Shown: piece by piece, positions 26,653 through 39,346 of the stretch
How the letters are laid out: every line of letters starts with the position of its first letter
Numbering within the stretch: the stretch's first letter is position 1
DNA from: Yuukianura sp. NJ FZ-2021
Lineage: Eukaryota
DNA length: 64,000 nt
Direction: 5' to 3'
Assembly: GCA_046563655.1 (NCBI GenBank)
Contig: CM102283.1
Span: 4,836,001-4,900,000, forward strand
Notes under the pieces: model-generated
What the model was told of the DNA's origin: nothing
Database searches by the model: none
Seen by the model: the letters and a program-made list of their open reading frames with translations, nothing else
Translations under genes and position numbers: made by a program

Positions 26653-29600
26653 ATGGAAGTGGATGAGCACGAAGACGAAGTTTGTCCAAGTAAGTCAATT
26701 TTCTTCAGTCAATCCTCAATCCTCCTTGGTTCCAAATGAATGTAAAATTCGCCACTCGCGTGCGCTATAATAACGGCGGGGACAGTTTGTCTCGAAGGTC
26801 GTTGCCGTTGGATTCAATTAGGAAGGATCATTTCCTCCTTTGAATCGGTACTTTTTGCAGTTAAGTTACCATATTTGTACTACAGTTGATGACTTCCGAG
26901 TTGAAGTCTCTGAAGGAAATGTAAAAGAATAAGTTGAGGACATAAAATTTTGAATTTATTTAAATAAAAGGCTGTACTCATTCTCAATACAGGACTAGAA
27001 AGTAATCTTGATGAGGACTCGGATGAAAATGACGAGGCAAGCAGCGGGGAAGCAGAAGAAGAAATGAATGGACACACGGACGTTGGCAACGAAAACTTTC
27101 ATGACACAGCAATGGATAGTCCTATTGCTGAAGAAGAAGAAGAAGAAGAAGATGAGGACCAACCAATGGATAACGATTTATCTGATTCAGGAGACAGTGA
27201 AAAGAGTTTTCGCATGGACTACAATTGTCAACTTTGTGGACGTGATTTCATAGACATCAACAATCTTTTTTCACACTTGGAAACACACAAATCAGGTACT
27301 ATTAGCACTTTGATCATGTGAGCTCTTGAAAATTAACAGTGAAACAATATTCATTATGTCCTTATAGTTTGTGATTGTTTGAGAGTACTCATTCGTTTCA
27401 TCGTTCGTGTCTGTTTTTTAGGAGATTATGCCAAGAGTGATGAAAATTCCTCTTCCGCACAAACTTGTTTCGGGGATCCGAAAGAAGCTAGAAGTGGGAA
27501 GAAATGGCCGCGTCGATTTCTCACACTACAATCTCCAGTATTCGAGCCTCAATTTCAAGATACAAGTATTACTTTAAATGGCACCGAAGTGGAGTCTGAA
27601 GAGGACACTTCAAATGACATTGAAGTTGACTCCAGCAGCAGCGACGCTGACATTAATGTAGCACCGCCGGAATCGAGTCACCTCGTTGTCAATGGTGCAT
27701 CAGATCAAACCAACAGTGCTCGATCCCAACAACCTAGGCGTCAGCGGTACACATGTCCCCAGTGCCTCAAACAATTTCGACGTTCTGACCACTTCCGCCA
27801 GCATCTCATCAACCATCAAGATGGGGGTAATGCCTTTTCCTGCGAAATTTGTGGCCAACACTTCAGTGTCGTAATCGCTCTCAGGAGACATATGATGACC
27901 CATGAAGGTGAGCTTCCAATTAATTAGGTAAATTGTACATAACTAATTTCTTAGTAGAATATTTATGCTAATTTATTTATCTAGAGTTCATGCCGTTCAA
28001 ATGTTCCGGATGTCCACGCCGCTTTCAAGACGCTCTCCTACTCAAGCAACACGAAGACTCTCACTTCAAACTCCCCGAGGATAGGGTGTCCTTTACGAGG
28101 AAAAAGTGTAGAGTTTGTCCCCAAATATGTAAGCGAATGAATCCGAGCAATGCCTTTTTTACATCTTTATCTGCTAAATTCCTGTGTTTGTATTTAACTT
28201 GTGTATGCTTTATACTTTCAGTTGGAAATGAGGCCAGTCGTGTGGAACATGAAAGACGAGTTCATGCCGCTCCCCAGACCAAGTTCATTCTTCGCTGTCG
28301 TTACATTGCTTGCCGTGAGGTGTGTCCTACGCTCAAACTCCTCATCCAGCATTACAAAGACAAACATGGAGCCGAGAGACTGTTGGAAGCTGCTAAAGCT
28401 CTTCAGAATCAATCCCAACCGCAAGTTCCTGTTCCTTCGGAGCCCGACGCTCCTGTTCCAGTGAATGTGAATGGATCTAATCATGTTGTAGATGAGGACG
28501 AAGAAGCGCCTGAGGAAGCAGAACCCGTTGTAGAGCCAGCCACGTCGTCCCTGGAGGATGGTTCTGTCGAGTGCCGAATGTGCTTCCAATTTTTGTCTTC
28601 GATTGCGGAGAGAAACTCACATGAGAGTGCAGTGCATGCCATCAACACTCCCGGAACGGTATTGCAGTGCAAGTACTCCGATTGTAGGAAGATCCTCGGT
28701 GCAAAGAACTGGCTGGCCAGACACATCCGAGAACATCGTGAGAGGATCAACCAAGGGCTGGAAATGGAATCTGAGGAAGATTTGCAGGCACTTTCAAAAG
28801 CACTTAACGGAGAAACTGTGCAGGAAAACGAAACAGAACATACTCTTTGTGATTCTGAACAAATGGAGGTTTCAGATGAGGATGAAGATTTATGGGAGTG
28901 CCGACTCTGTGGCCAGGTATGAATAAATTCTAATTAAATCCGGAGACGCGTTGTAATTGAGATGGGTTCAGCAAATACCAATCTAGAATTGCTATAGTAT
29001 TTGTTCTTTGTTTTGTATTCAGGGATTTGTGGAAGAGCAAGATCGAGCAGCACATGAAGACAGATTGCATGACACCGGGAACCCTACATCTGAATTCAGT
29101 TGCAGATTCTGCTCCAAAGAAGTTGTAAAATTTAGTGCTTTGCTCATTCACATGGACAGAACTCACGGGAAGGGAAAGGAGAAAATTGCTTCTCTGAAAC
29201 CACCCAAACTTACCAAGGAAAACAACAGCGGAACATTCGTATTTCCGTGTAGACACTGTGACCTTACGTTCGCTGAGCAGCATACCAGAGTTGTTCATGG
29301 TAAGCAATAAGCATAACGTGATTTCACTATTAATTAATTTGCTAATGCTATGTATTAAGCTCATGTCTTTCCCATATTTTGTACTACTGTCATGCGCTGC
29401 ATTGTACGTCCACTTTTACGTTTCTAGAGTACGATGTTCACGAGACAAGGGATGCAATTGACAGCCATTTCCCATGCAAAGTATGCCAGAAAGTGATGAC
29501 CCTGCGGAGCCTAAGAAACCACCTTCGCAAAATCCACGGTTTGAATTCCTATTTTGAGGCTGATCCTAAGAAAATCGCTGATGACAAGAAGCAAGAACTT

Positions 29601-30019
29601 CCTAAGAAAATTGTTCCAGAGAAAGAGAAAACGTCCTCGCCGTCACTTATGAACAAAAAGCCAAGTGAAGGGTCCACTGCTTCCTGGACGTGTCGTCTCT
29701 GCTTCGAACAATTTGATGAACAGCGACAACGAGAAACTCATGGTAAATTCTAATATGAAAAATTGACTAAGTTTGAGTAGAATTTCAAAACTGTTGAAAA
29801 CAATTTACAACCCGCCTTTTTTTAATTTCAGAGCATGCTGTTCATGGCACAAACTCCCCAAATGCTACCTACGTCTGCAAGTACTCGGATTGCGAACTGT
29901 CTTTTGACACCTTTCGAGCTCTCATCAAGCACCTCCGAGAACATGGCGAGACAACGTTCCCCAAGGGGCAGCAAAAACTCCCCACACCCTCACTCACTCA
30001 GTACAAACAACATATTTAA
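26653..30019 (+). CDS. Multi-C2H2 zinc-finger protein with acidic linkers, multi-exon
   Basis: More than 10 CxxC...HxxxH units (e.g. CPQCLKQFRRSDHFRQHLINH, CEICGQHF...RRHMMTH). Splice phases are consistent from ATG 26653 to TAA 30019. Confidence 0.9.
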
Positions 30020-30196
30020 CGTTTCAGATAACGTTCATCTATTGCGTTTCGGTGATGTCCATTTTTCAGAACATTTTTAGGTACTAAAAACAAAATGAAA
30101 TAAACTGTTTTTTTTTACAAATTGGTGCGGACTCGTTATGTTTTTAATGGAGCTTCAAAGGGGGTTTGACTAGTTGTTCTATCGAATTTCGGACGA

Positions 30197-33100
30197 CTAA
30201 GAAGCTTCAGCCCCACCCAACTTGGGATTCCGCCGTCTCCACCGCTTCATGCACCCGCCGTCATTCTTTGTACCCACCCCACTCTCGGTACCTGACAAAG
30301 TGCAAATAACTTTTTCGATTAAGTTAAACTAATTAAGTCGTCATCAATTAATTAATTAATTAACTAATTGTACCGCTTCTTGAGCCACAGGTCTCTGAAG
30401 ATTTTGAGCGGGGAGATGGAGCTCCGGGCGTAAATTGTTGCGATCCGACTCAGCAGAAATCTGTTCTCACCCATCAAACCCTAGAGTAAAAGTAAGTAAA
30501 CTTATTATTATTATTTAATACAATGTATTATATTATTACATTGATTGTTTTTCAATTTTAGAAGACGAATTCAAACTTACGGCTTGTTGCCTTCTGGATG
30601 GAGTGCTGCAGGACGCATGATCTTGAGAAGATCCATCACTTGTTCCTGCCTGTGGAGAACCTGCGCTCACTCCCTTGCTCTCTTCATACATTTCGTCCTC
30701 GTAGTCTTCTTCCAGCAGAGGCGGAAGTGGACCAAGTCTGGACACACCTTTTACAACATTATGAAACATTGAATTTTTATGAAATTAATTTTACTTAACT
30801 TTTTAATTGTAGATAAGTTAACTGGACTTGCTGTAGCTGTTGTCTGGTACTTGAGTGGGAAATCGGAAGTTAAAGTCCGACTCAAAGTCCTCTTCGAACA
30901 GATCTTCTTCTTCCAAAGCGCAGTCTCCTTCCAAGTCCTCATCTTCTTCATCATCAAATGCAAATCTCGCTCGTGACCTCGGCATCGCTCGGCAAAAGTC
31001 GGGGAGACCCGACAGTGTATCTTCGTTCTCCAGTTTCTCCAAGCTCTCGTATGTCCCATAACGAGTCATCGTTGCATGGCTGGCGCTCGAGAAGTCATCT
31101 TCGTCCTCAAAGTACTCCTCTGCTTCGTCTTCAAACGTTTGCGGGTGGCTGTCACTTCCACCTTCCTCTCCGCCCGAAGTAGGAGATTCTTTTGTGATGA
31201 GGATCTGGGGGTGGGGCGGATGCTGGGTGGGGCCACAGCTCAATTTTAATGACGAAGAAGTGCTGCGCAGAGATTCTTCCTTGCAGAGTGACGAGGACGA
31301 TGATGACCAAGATGGATCGGTAGTTCCGTTTTCATTGCTGGCGGGTGAGGCGGATGCTGCGTCGGAGGAGGTGGAGTCGTCTGACGATTCGACGCGTTCC
31401 AACTGCGCCACTTTTTCTTGCTCCAGCAGAGCATACTCTATTCCGACGCTCTTGCGTTTCCGAGTGTCTGCGTCACCTTGACGAGGGGAGTTTTTTGGGG
31501 GCGTCGTGACATGGAGGGGCTCGTTGGTGAAGATTTTGACGATAAGGGCCTCTGTGGCGGTTGTTTTTGGCGGCTGCGCAGACGTAGTTTGGCATTGACT
31601 AAAAAAAGCACGACGACGTTGATTGTTGAGAAGACGGATTTGGATGGGCGTGAGGATTTGTGGTGCGTCGTCCGTTTCCGTCGACTTGTCTGCTTTTCCT
31701 ACCCCCACAGATCTCGCCATTTGCCCTGTCAAATACAACAAAAACACAAAGCATGTCACATAGGCAGAAAAATACTAGTAGAGAACAGAACGCGCAAAAT
31801 ATTACAATTTGAAAAAAAATTGGTAGCGGTCAGTTTTTTTAAATTTGCGTTTATTTGCGTAAGTTACTACTATAAGTTTGTTTTGTTAAATCTTTTATTT
31901 GAAATATAAATCTCGCGCTTACGCGTTTCATTTTTTTTTACGAAAGTGTCAGTTTCTTTATTCTTGTTATGTAGGTATTCCTTAGAAAGTTGTGAAAATA
32001 TATTGGTGGTTTAAAGAAAATTGAAGATTGGACTGGTAGCTTTCTCCGCGTCGATTAGCTTGGACTGAGATACTGCTGCTCCCTCACATCCCATAAATAA
32101 TTCTGCTCAAACCCATGAATCTTTCTCTCCCTTCTCAACTAACTTTCCCCTCGCCTAACCTAGTAAAATCACTTTTTCCTTGAAACGGATTTTTTTCACC
32201 ACTCAAACAATTACATCTTGATGTAATGAAATCTTGAATTAAATCCGAAAAAATGGACAATTTTGTTCTTGAATTTAAATGCAACATTGATTCCGAAATT
32301 GGGCGTTGCCTATCCCGTATTGGTTGAAAACTCAGGAATTGTTATTGCGGAAACTTCTATGTCGAGATGTCACGCAACCCTTGTCAATGTGGAATCTATT
32401 GTTTATGCACTACGTCATCACAAATTCAAGTAATTTTCGTTACCTCTACTTTTAATTAGCACATCATTGTCAGATCTGTCAAAAATTATAGTTAAAAACC
32501 ATCGAAATACTCATTTGACAAGTAAATGACAAAATAAATAACAATTTTGTAAACAAGAAGCAAAAGAAAAAAAAAGAAAAAAAGAAAAATCCGAAAATGT
32601 GTAATACACTCTTCTCATTATTGTGAGAATGTAAACTAAATGGAAATTACCGATACTAAATATTATGTTAACAGGGCCGATAATGATGTGCTACAAAGTT
32701 CTATCCGGTGGATCCCGAAATTGGCGGGTATTTTCTGATGACGTAATGTTTGGAAAATGTGTTAGGGTGGAAAGGGGCGGGGGATGAAAGAGAAAGTACC
32801 TTGAGTGTCCGGTTGTTTGGTCTCAAGGACTCTGGGTAAAGCGGAAGTCGTAGTTACCTCGCTCCTTCGACCCACTCCCGCTTGCCCACCAATCACATTC
32901 GCAGCAGGCCGACTGCTCCAGCGCATGCGCACAGGCTCATCACTGATCCCGGAGTCATTCGACGACGATTCCTCTGGACTCCTTTCCCGCTCTTCCACAA
33001 CCAAATTCAGCGGAGACAGTTGCAGACTTTCTCTCCCCTTCAGGCCCATCCTCCCTCCAGACACACACTTGCTCAGTTGCTTCTGCTTCTGCGCAGGAAG

Positions 33101-36100
33101 TGGACTTGGGTGTGGAGAAATGTAGTAATAGGGAGTCACTAGTTCAGCTTCGTCTCCAGTGCGCAGGTCAACTTTGTGTCCCAGACTCTTGATGAAAGAG
33201 CGTCTGTCTCTCGGTGAGATTCCAAATAGTTCGGGGTAGTCACCTCTGACCTTGTAGTCTACCAGAATGCGTCTGCGCCGTCCCTCACTCCCTCCCCCGA
33301 TCATGGGGGAGTCCTTGTGGTCCACCTTCTTCTTATTCCGAACCCCCTCTGGCCCCTTCTCCCCTTCCACAACCTTCTCTGGACTCTTGTCTTTTGGCAC
33401 TACTGTCACAACCTCGTCTATTTCTTCAGTACTATGCGCAGGACTTGCTTCACAAGACTGCGCATGCTCATCAATTGGCCTCTCTTCTTCCTGGGACGGT
33501 ATCCTTGATTTGTCTGATGCATCCGGTGCCTCTTCAGGAACTTCACATTTCACTTCTTCCTTTTCGTCTTCCACAGGCACAGTCTCTGGAAACTTTTCAC
33601 AGAATTCGGAAATGGAGAAATTCGAGGACGATGACTTTGAGATTCGGGTGTTCAGTGTGATGCTATTCAACACAAAATTTAATATTCAAAGTTTTTAAAA
33701 AAAAATTTGTTAAGTTTTTGAAAAAACTTTGGACTCACATTTGTCTCTGGAGCAGCAGTTTCCAAATGTTTTTGAGTTCCCTATTGGGCGTTCTAAGGAT
33801 AAGCTGATTTGGCTTTTTCGTTTTCTTTAGCAGTCGATCGAGACGGGAGTGGGGTGGAGTCACTTCCGGACCAAACAGCAACCGGAATTCATTTTCTGAA
33901 ACATGGCGTTAATCCGTTATCAGTTCATAAGAAAAGTGGTTTAGAAGATGATTTATGATTGATTTGTAATCAATTGATGATACGCGAGAACAATGAAGGT
34001 GAGAAAAGCATTGTTTTGATGATTACCGTGTTTCTTAGGTACATTAAAGTGGAGGGTCGTGACGTCTTGGAGCTTGAGCGGCGCGTCTCTGACGAAGAAG
34101 ACGCGGTCACGCGTCGTATGATGCGAAGTCAGAACGAGGATGTCGGTAAACAGAAACGCCCAAACGGCAGAGAACGATCCGTCACTCTCCTTCCGAAACA
34201 GTCGACTTCCAAATAACCATTTACGGCCCTTTTCACAAACTTTGAACTCCTAAAATCCAATTCAAAATGTTACTTTAAAAAATTTAGAAAAAATATAAGG
34301 TCAAAGGTCAACTGACTTGAAACCGTGTAGAGACAATTCGTTTTTCGAGATGTCTGACGGATAGGAGCGGAGACTTTTTCATGCTCAGGTGAGAAATGGG
34401 TTCCATGAAATCCGTTTCACAAACGATGTCACCGTAACAATCCTGGAATCAAAATTTTGAAATGAAAATCCAAAAACCTTTTTGAATTTGGCACAATTTT
34501 GAGGTTTTTTGAAAGTGACCTTCAGTTCCTGGGCGATTGGACTCCATTCGGGGGAGGAATGCAAAATCTCTTCAGATATCTCACACAGGTTTCTCAGATG
34601 CTGTGAAAAACAGGTTAGATTTGGGAGATTCAAGTGTCAATTGCTTAACTGACTTCAGTTTGAGTTGTTAATTAAAAACTGACCTCCAGAGGAGCAAATA
34701 GGAGCGAGGTCATGTCCAAATGACCTTTGGGAACAGGAGTCTCCAGTACAAATTTGGCGAAAAGTTGAAAGGTCATCTTGTCCGCCAAGATTGTGGCAGA
34801 ACTTCCAAGATGCTTTGCGTAGGAACTGTATCCATCCAAGAGTTCAGGCATCTGCAAATGCAATACTCTCAAGGTTTAACGCTGACTTAACCTTTGACCT
34901 CTCATTTTACTGAATACTTACATCTGAGCAGCTATTATTTATACTTACATGGTCGGAATGCGTGCGCAGCAGTACTTCCCCCAGAGGTCCCCCTCCGTGG
35001 GACACACACTCCAGAATTCTCTTGGTAATCGTGATGATCTACCAATTCAAAAATGATTTATTTCATTTCAAATGCTTTGCCTAAAAGTGATTTCAAAATT
35101 TTAAAGTTTACCTTGATGACATGACCAAATATTCCGTTTAGTTCAACGTTTGACAACAAGCAGTTTGCCTGAGCTGGTATCAAGTACCTACATCCACGCA
35201 ATGTTAATTTTGGTTGGAAATTGTTTTTCCAAAAAAAGTTTTTTCTTGGAGGATAAATTATGATCACCTGTCGAGAGCAGCTACAACTTTTCTGAAAAAT
35301 TTGAGTTCAGTGATCACGAACTCCCTCACTACTTGTTCTTCTTTCTCCAAATACTAAAAAATGGAAAGTATTTTACATAACATGGTTAGTTTCGTACTTT
35401 TTCGCCGCTTTGTCTTCCTACGTCGGCATTCCCACAATTAATCATCGCCATTTCAGCCGAGTAAAGGTTTAAGTCTCACAGTGCCCCACGTACCTCAAGA
35501 TTGAATCGGATTTTCCAGGCCGTGCCGCCGGTCCCACCGACCTTCTTGATCTGGGGAGTGGAGAATGGTTGTGGTGGAGCCGATGGTTTCAAAATGGAAA
35601 CTGGCGGCAGACTTTTCATTCCTGGGTGGCACAACACTCCATTTGGCATCTGCGCATTCACCTCCTTCCCTTCCACCTTCTCGGTGCATTCCCTCGTAAC
35701 TTCCAGGTTGAGCGATGCTCCAGAGGCACTGAAACAATTTGTCAAAATGAACAAGTCTGACAGGAAGTCACTAACTTTTTGGTCAAAATAGAATTTGGTG
35801 CGCATGCGCTCTACTAAAAATAGTTGTTCAATTTATCGAGTTGTTTCTGGATTGGTTTGTACAAAAGGAAAGAAGTCACTCCACCCAACCAACTGAATAT
35901 CACGGGAGAAGCTTTCACTTTACTCTACAGAATGCAATTTTGAATCATGCGCTCAACCTTGGGCAAACATGTAGTGCATAACATGATCAATCACTTGTGA
36001 ACACGCTCCTGGTATTAATTATACAAATTGTTATTATAATGTGAAAAGTATACTTAACTTTGTAAAACGTATTCAAATGGCAGTGTTTTTGAAGAGTGAT

Positions 36101-37132
36101 AGAAGTGAGGGTGAAAGTGGAACCAAATGGAAGTTACTAAATGATGAGTGTACTTACTGCATGAGTGCGATGACTGTGTCTTTCGGAAGGTTGGATACGT
36201 CGTGTCCGTTGACTCGTGTCATGAGGTCTCCTCGCATCAACCCACCACGCTCTGCTGCCGTCCGTTCCACTACACGCCCAATCCTACGTACAACAAGACA
36301 ATAAGTACTTTCTCCACTTTCACTACTCTAGTACAACTCAATAAATACCTAATACAGTAAATATAATAATAAACTTAATAATTAATAATTTATAAACTAA
36401 AATATTAATAATAAGGAAAAAGGTAATTGCTGTCGACGGACAGGCAGACACGATAAATACTTAAAGTAGCTAACAGTGAATTCTAATACATTCATTTATC
36501 ACCGCAATAATAATAAAACCATTTTAACCGGAACTAATTTTAATAGTGGTTTTAACAACATTGTTTCATCAACGTTGCTTTTCGCAACAAAATGATAATA
36601 ACTTCTGTTTCGGTCTTTCCTTGAGTTGTGTTCGACTTTGACCTTTGACCCGGAAATTGTTTACATGAAAACCAGGAATAACCCGGTAAAGTTTATAGCA
36701 TGTGGAGTTGATTTGTGAAAACAAATTCAAAATTGGTCTTGTAATCCAGACTTATTGTGATCAGTAGACAGTCAGACAAAACAGACGGTTAAAAACCATA
36801 AAGTAGCAAAAATACTAATAATAATTAATACTTAATATAATATTAAGTAATAATAGTAGGAAATGAAATACTTACTGAGGTGGACATGACCAAATGACAG
36901 AAAAACCGAATCCCTCTTCCCCCACGCGCTTCTCTAAATGTAGGGCCAAGTTGCGAGGTGACCCTTGACCTCGAGTGCTGATTGGTTGTTGGAGAGAGTA
37001 ATCGTCCAATCCCACACCAGAGACGCCAGAGTCCACTGTGCCGGAGTTGATGAGTTTCCCAATGCCTTCGGAGGACTCGTTGTCCGGGGGGAAAGGGGTG
37101 TCTTCGGCCGTAGTTCCGTCCCGTGTTGGCAT
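30197..37132 (-). CDS. PDZ + DH (RhoGEF)-like + PH protein with a long disordered tail; 5' end uncertain
   Basis: PDZ: EGFGFSV.../IGRVVERTAAERGGLMRGDLMTRVNG. DH: VVREFVITELKF...LLFAPLEHL. PH: WAFLFTDILVLT. Low-complexity exons at 30.8-33.6 kb. Confidence 0.75.
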
Positions 37133-39346
37133 CCTCCACTCCAGTCACCAACTCCTGCTTTCTAAAAGGAGAAACCAAAGTGAATGGGCTTTCTACTTTC
37201 ACTCCCCACCCCCTAAAATCCACCACCCCACTGTAAGCACTGGGGACACAAGCGACTATGGCGGCACACCACTCTCACGAAAAACCACAGAAACAACTAG
37301 ACTCTCGTTTTTAATCAAATCCTCAGCGCCTATAGCCTTTTCCGTTTACTACTAAAAAATTCAAATCAAACTTAATTAAACCTCGCAATTTTGTTTGGTT
37401 TTCAAATTAAAGGGTCGCAGATATTTGATACAGATGCAGAATGAAACTGAACAGGAAATGGACGGTTTAAAGACTACATTACGTTCCTGTGCTTCCTTAT
37501 AAACGTTAGCAAGTCTTCTTTAAGCGCCGCAAAAATTGCTCTCTTGTCAAATGAAAACGAAGTGAACAATGTACAAAGTACAATGTACAAAGTGCTAAAA
37601 TTTTACAAAAAAAAAAAACGGTATTGCAAAGGTGAAAAAAATTAGCAGAAAACCTTCACTGTTAACAAAATCGTGTGCCTCTTTGTGAATAGAAACGTTT
37701 GATTATAAATGGGGTTATACTTATAGTACTTATAAATGAAATAGGATAGAATGTAACATATGTGAAAAAATTGTACGGAGTGAAAGTTTGTAAAATTAAG
37801 TAAAAATTAAAAAAAAACTAAAATAATAGAGTCTCCAGGTCGTTCGAGTGAAAACAATTAGCGCGAATTCAACAAGTTTTCAACTGCAACATCAACGTGA
37901 AACGTAATCTAAACGTTCTAAAAACCGAACTCGATGCTTTATCGTTAGTTTTGCCGTTGCGATGTTGAATAAACCTGTTCGGTTACAAACATGAATTGAA
38001 AATTCAAATTTTAAGGAGACTTTGCGTGGTCGTGGTTATCCGCCATAGAGTGGGGGCTGGTTTTATCGATTATGGGTGGGGAGACGTATAGAGATTCCAG
38101 ATTCTCCCTCTCGCCCATCACACAACTCAACTCAACCATCTCTCCACTTTCACTTCAATCTAACTACGACATCCCTCAAGCCAAATCAAACCACTCACCA
38201 CTCCACATGTCACAGGTCATTCCACTTTAAACTAACAAATCACAAATTAAACAGACCTTAGTCACCAAGTCCACTTTTCCTTTTGTCTTGCACTGAAAAA
38301 CTCAACTTTCTGCACAACTTTCTCCTTGAAAGTTGTAGCTCCACTGGGTAGAAGCCGAACAAATAAAGTAAAGTGGGGGAAAGTGGCGAAAGGTGTTTTT
38401 CCAAACACCTATCCTATGTTATTTGAAGAGGTCGTAGGTGAATAGTTGATGAATGAGTCACTTAGGGCGGATGAGGTTGAGCATTTGCGGAGAGTGGGAT
38501 TGGGACTGTAATGAGAGAGTGGTGAAAGTGGAATGGGAAGTCGTTGAGCCTCTTCTTTTCATTTCAGTCGCTCCAGCAGCGTCTGCGGACAAAAGCCACC
38601 CACCCACTACCCCCCACCCCTTCGCCAGACATCCACCCTCTCCTAAGCGAGTCTTCTAAATTCCTCCAATTCCATCACAATTCCTCCCGCAAGTCTTCAT
38701 TTCTTTACTGCTGCACCAGTAAAAAACTTTACTCCACTTGAGCCGAAAGCTTCTCAGAACTTTCTCTTGTCTTTCGTTCTCCAGCAGGCGCGTTTAGGAC
38801 AGAAACTTTGGCGCCAAAATCGGTAGCCACATTTTTTGTTTTTAAAATTTGAAAATTGGCGCCAGGCAAGTTGGAAGACCAGCCAGAGAGTGAAACACAA
38901 GGCTTTAGGTTCACTTTGCTCTTAAGGAGAGAAAGCCTCGAGAGCAGAATTGAAAGCAAAACTGCTTTTATGCTTTCTCTTGGGCCTCACTCCCCTTTAT
39001 AGTCACTTCGCAAAGTCACTCTTCCTTAAGCCTCCTTCACACCACTTTCTCCTCAACTTGGGGCCATTGCACTCTTATATTGTTTATATTATATTACTTT
39101 TTATTATTTACATTTTATATTTTTGACCTGGTTCGCCTTTTGGCAGAGATTGAATCGGCCAAATCAGTGGATCACCTCCTCCTGACGTCACTGGCGAAAT
39201 TCCTTTTCTGCGGATTCTGCACATTTGCGAAATATTGGCAACTCCACAAGCCAGTTGCCAAGAGAGACTCTTCAGTCTCCGTTTGGCAGTGTGGCTGTGG
39301 TCTCTCTTTGGTTTAGAACTAAAAACTGTGTCATTTGAACCTCTCT

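Noticed and set aside
30545-33698. Many plus-strand ORFs over the RhoGEF-like exons (similar ones lie over KIF17 and TBC1D9)
   Set aside because: Antisense shadows of real coding exons.
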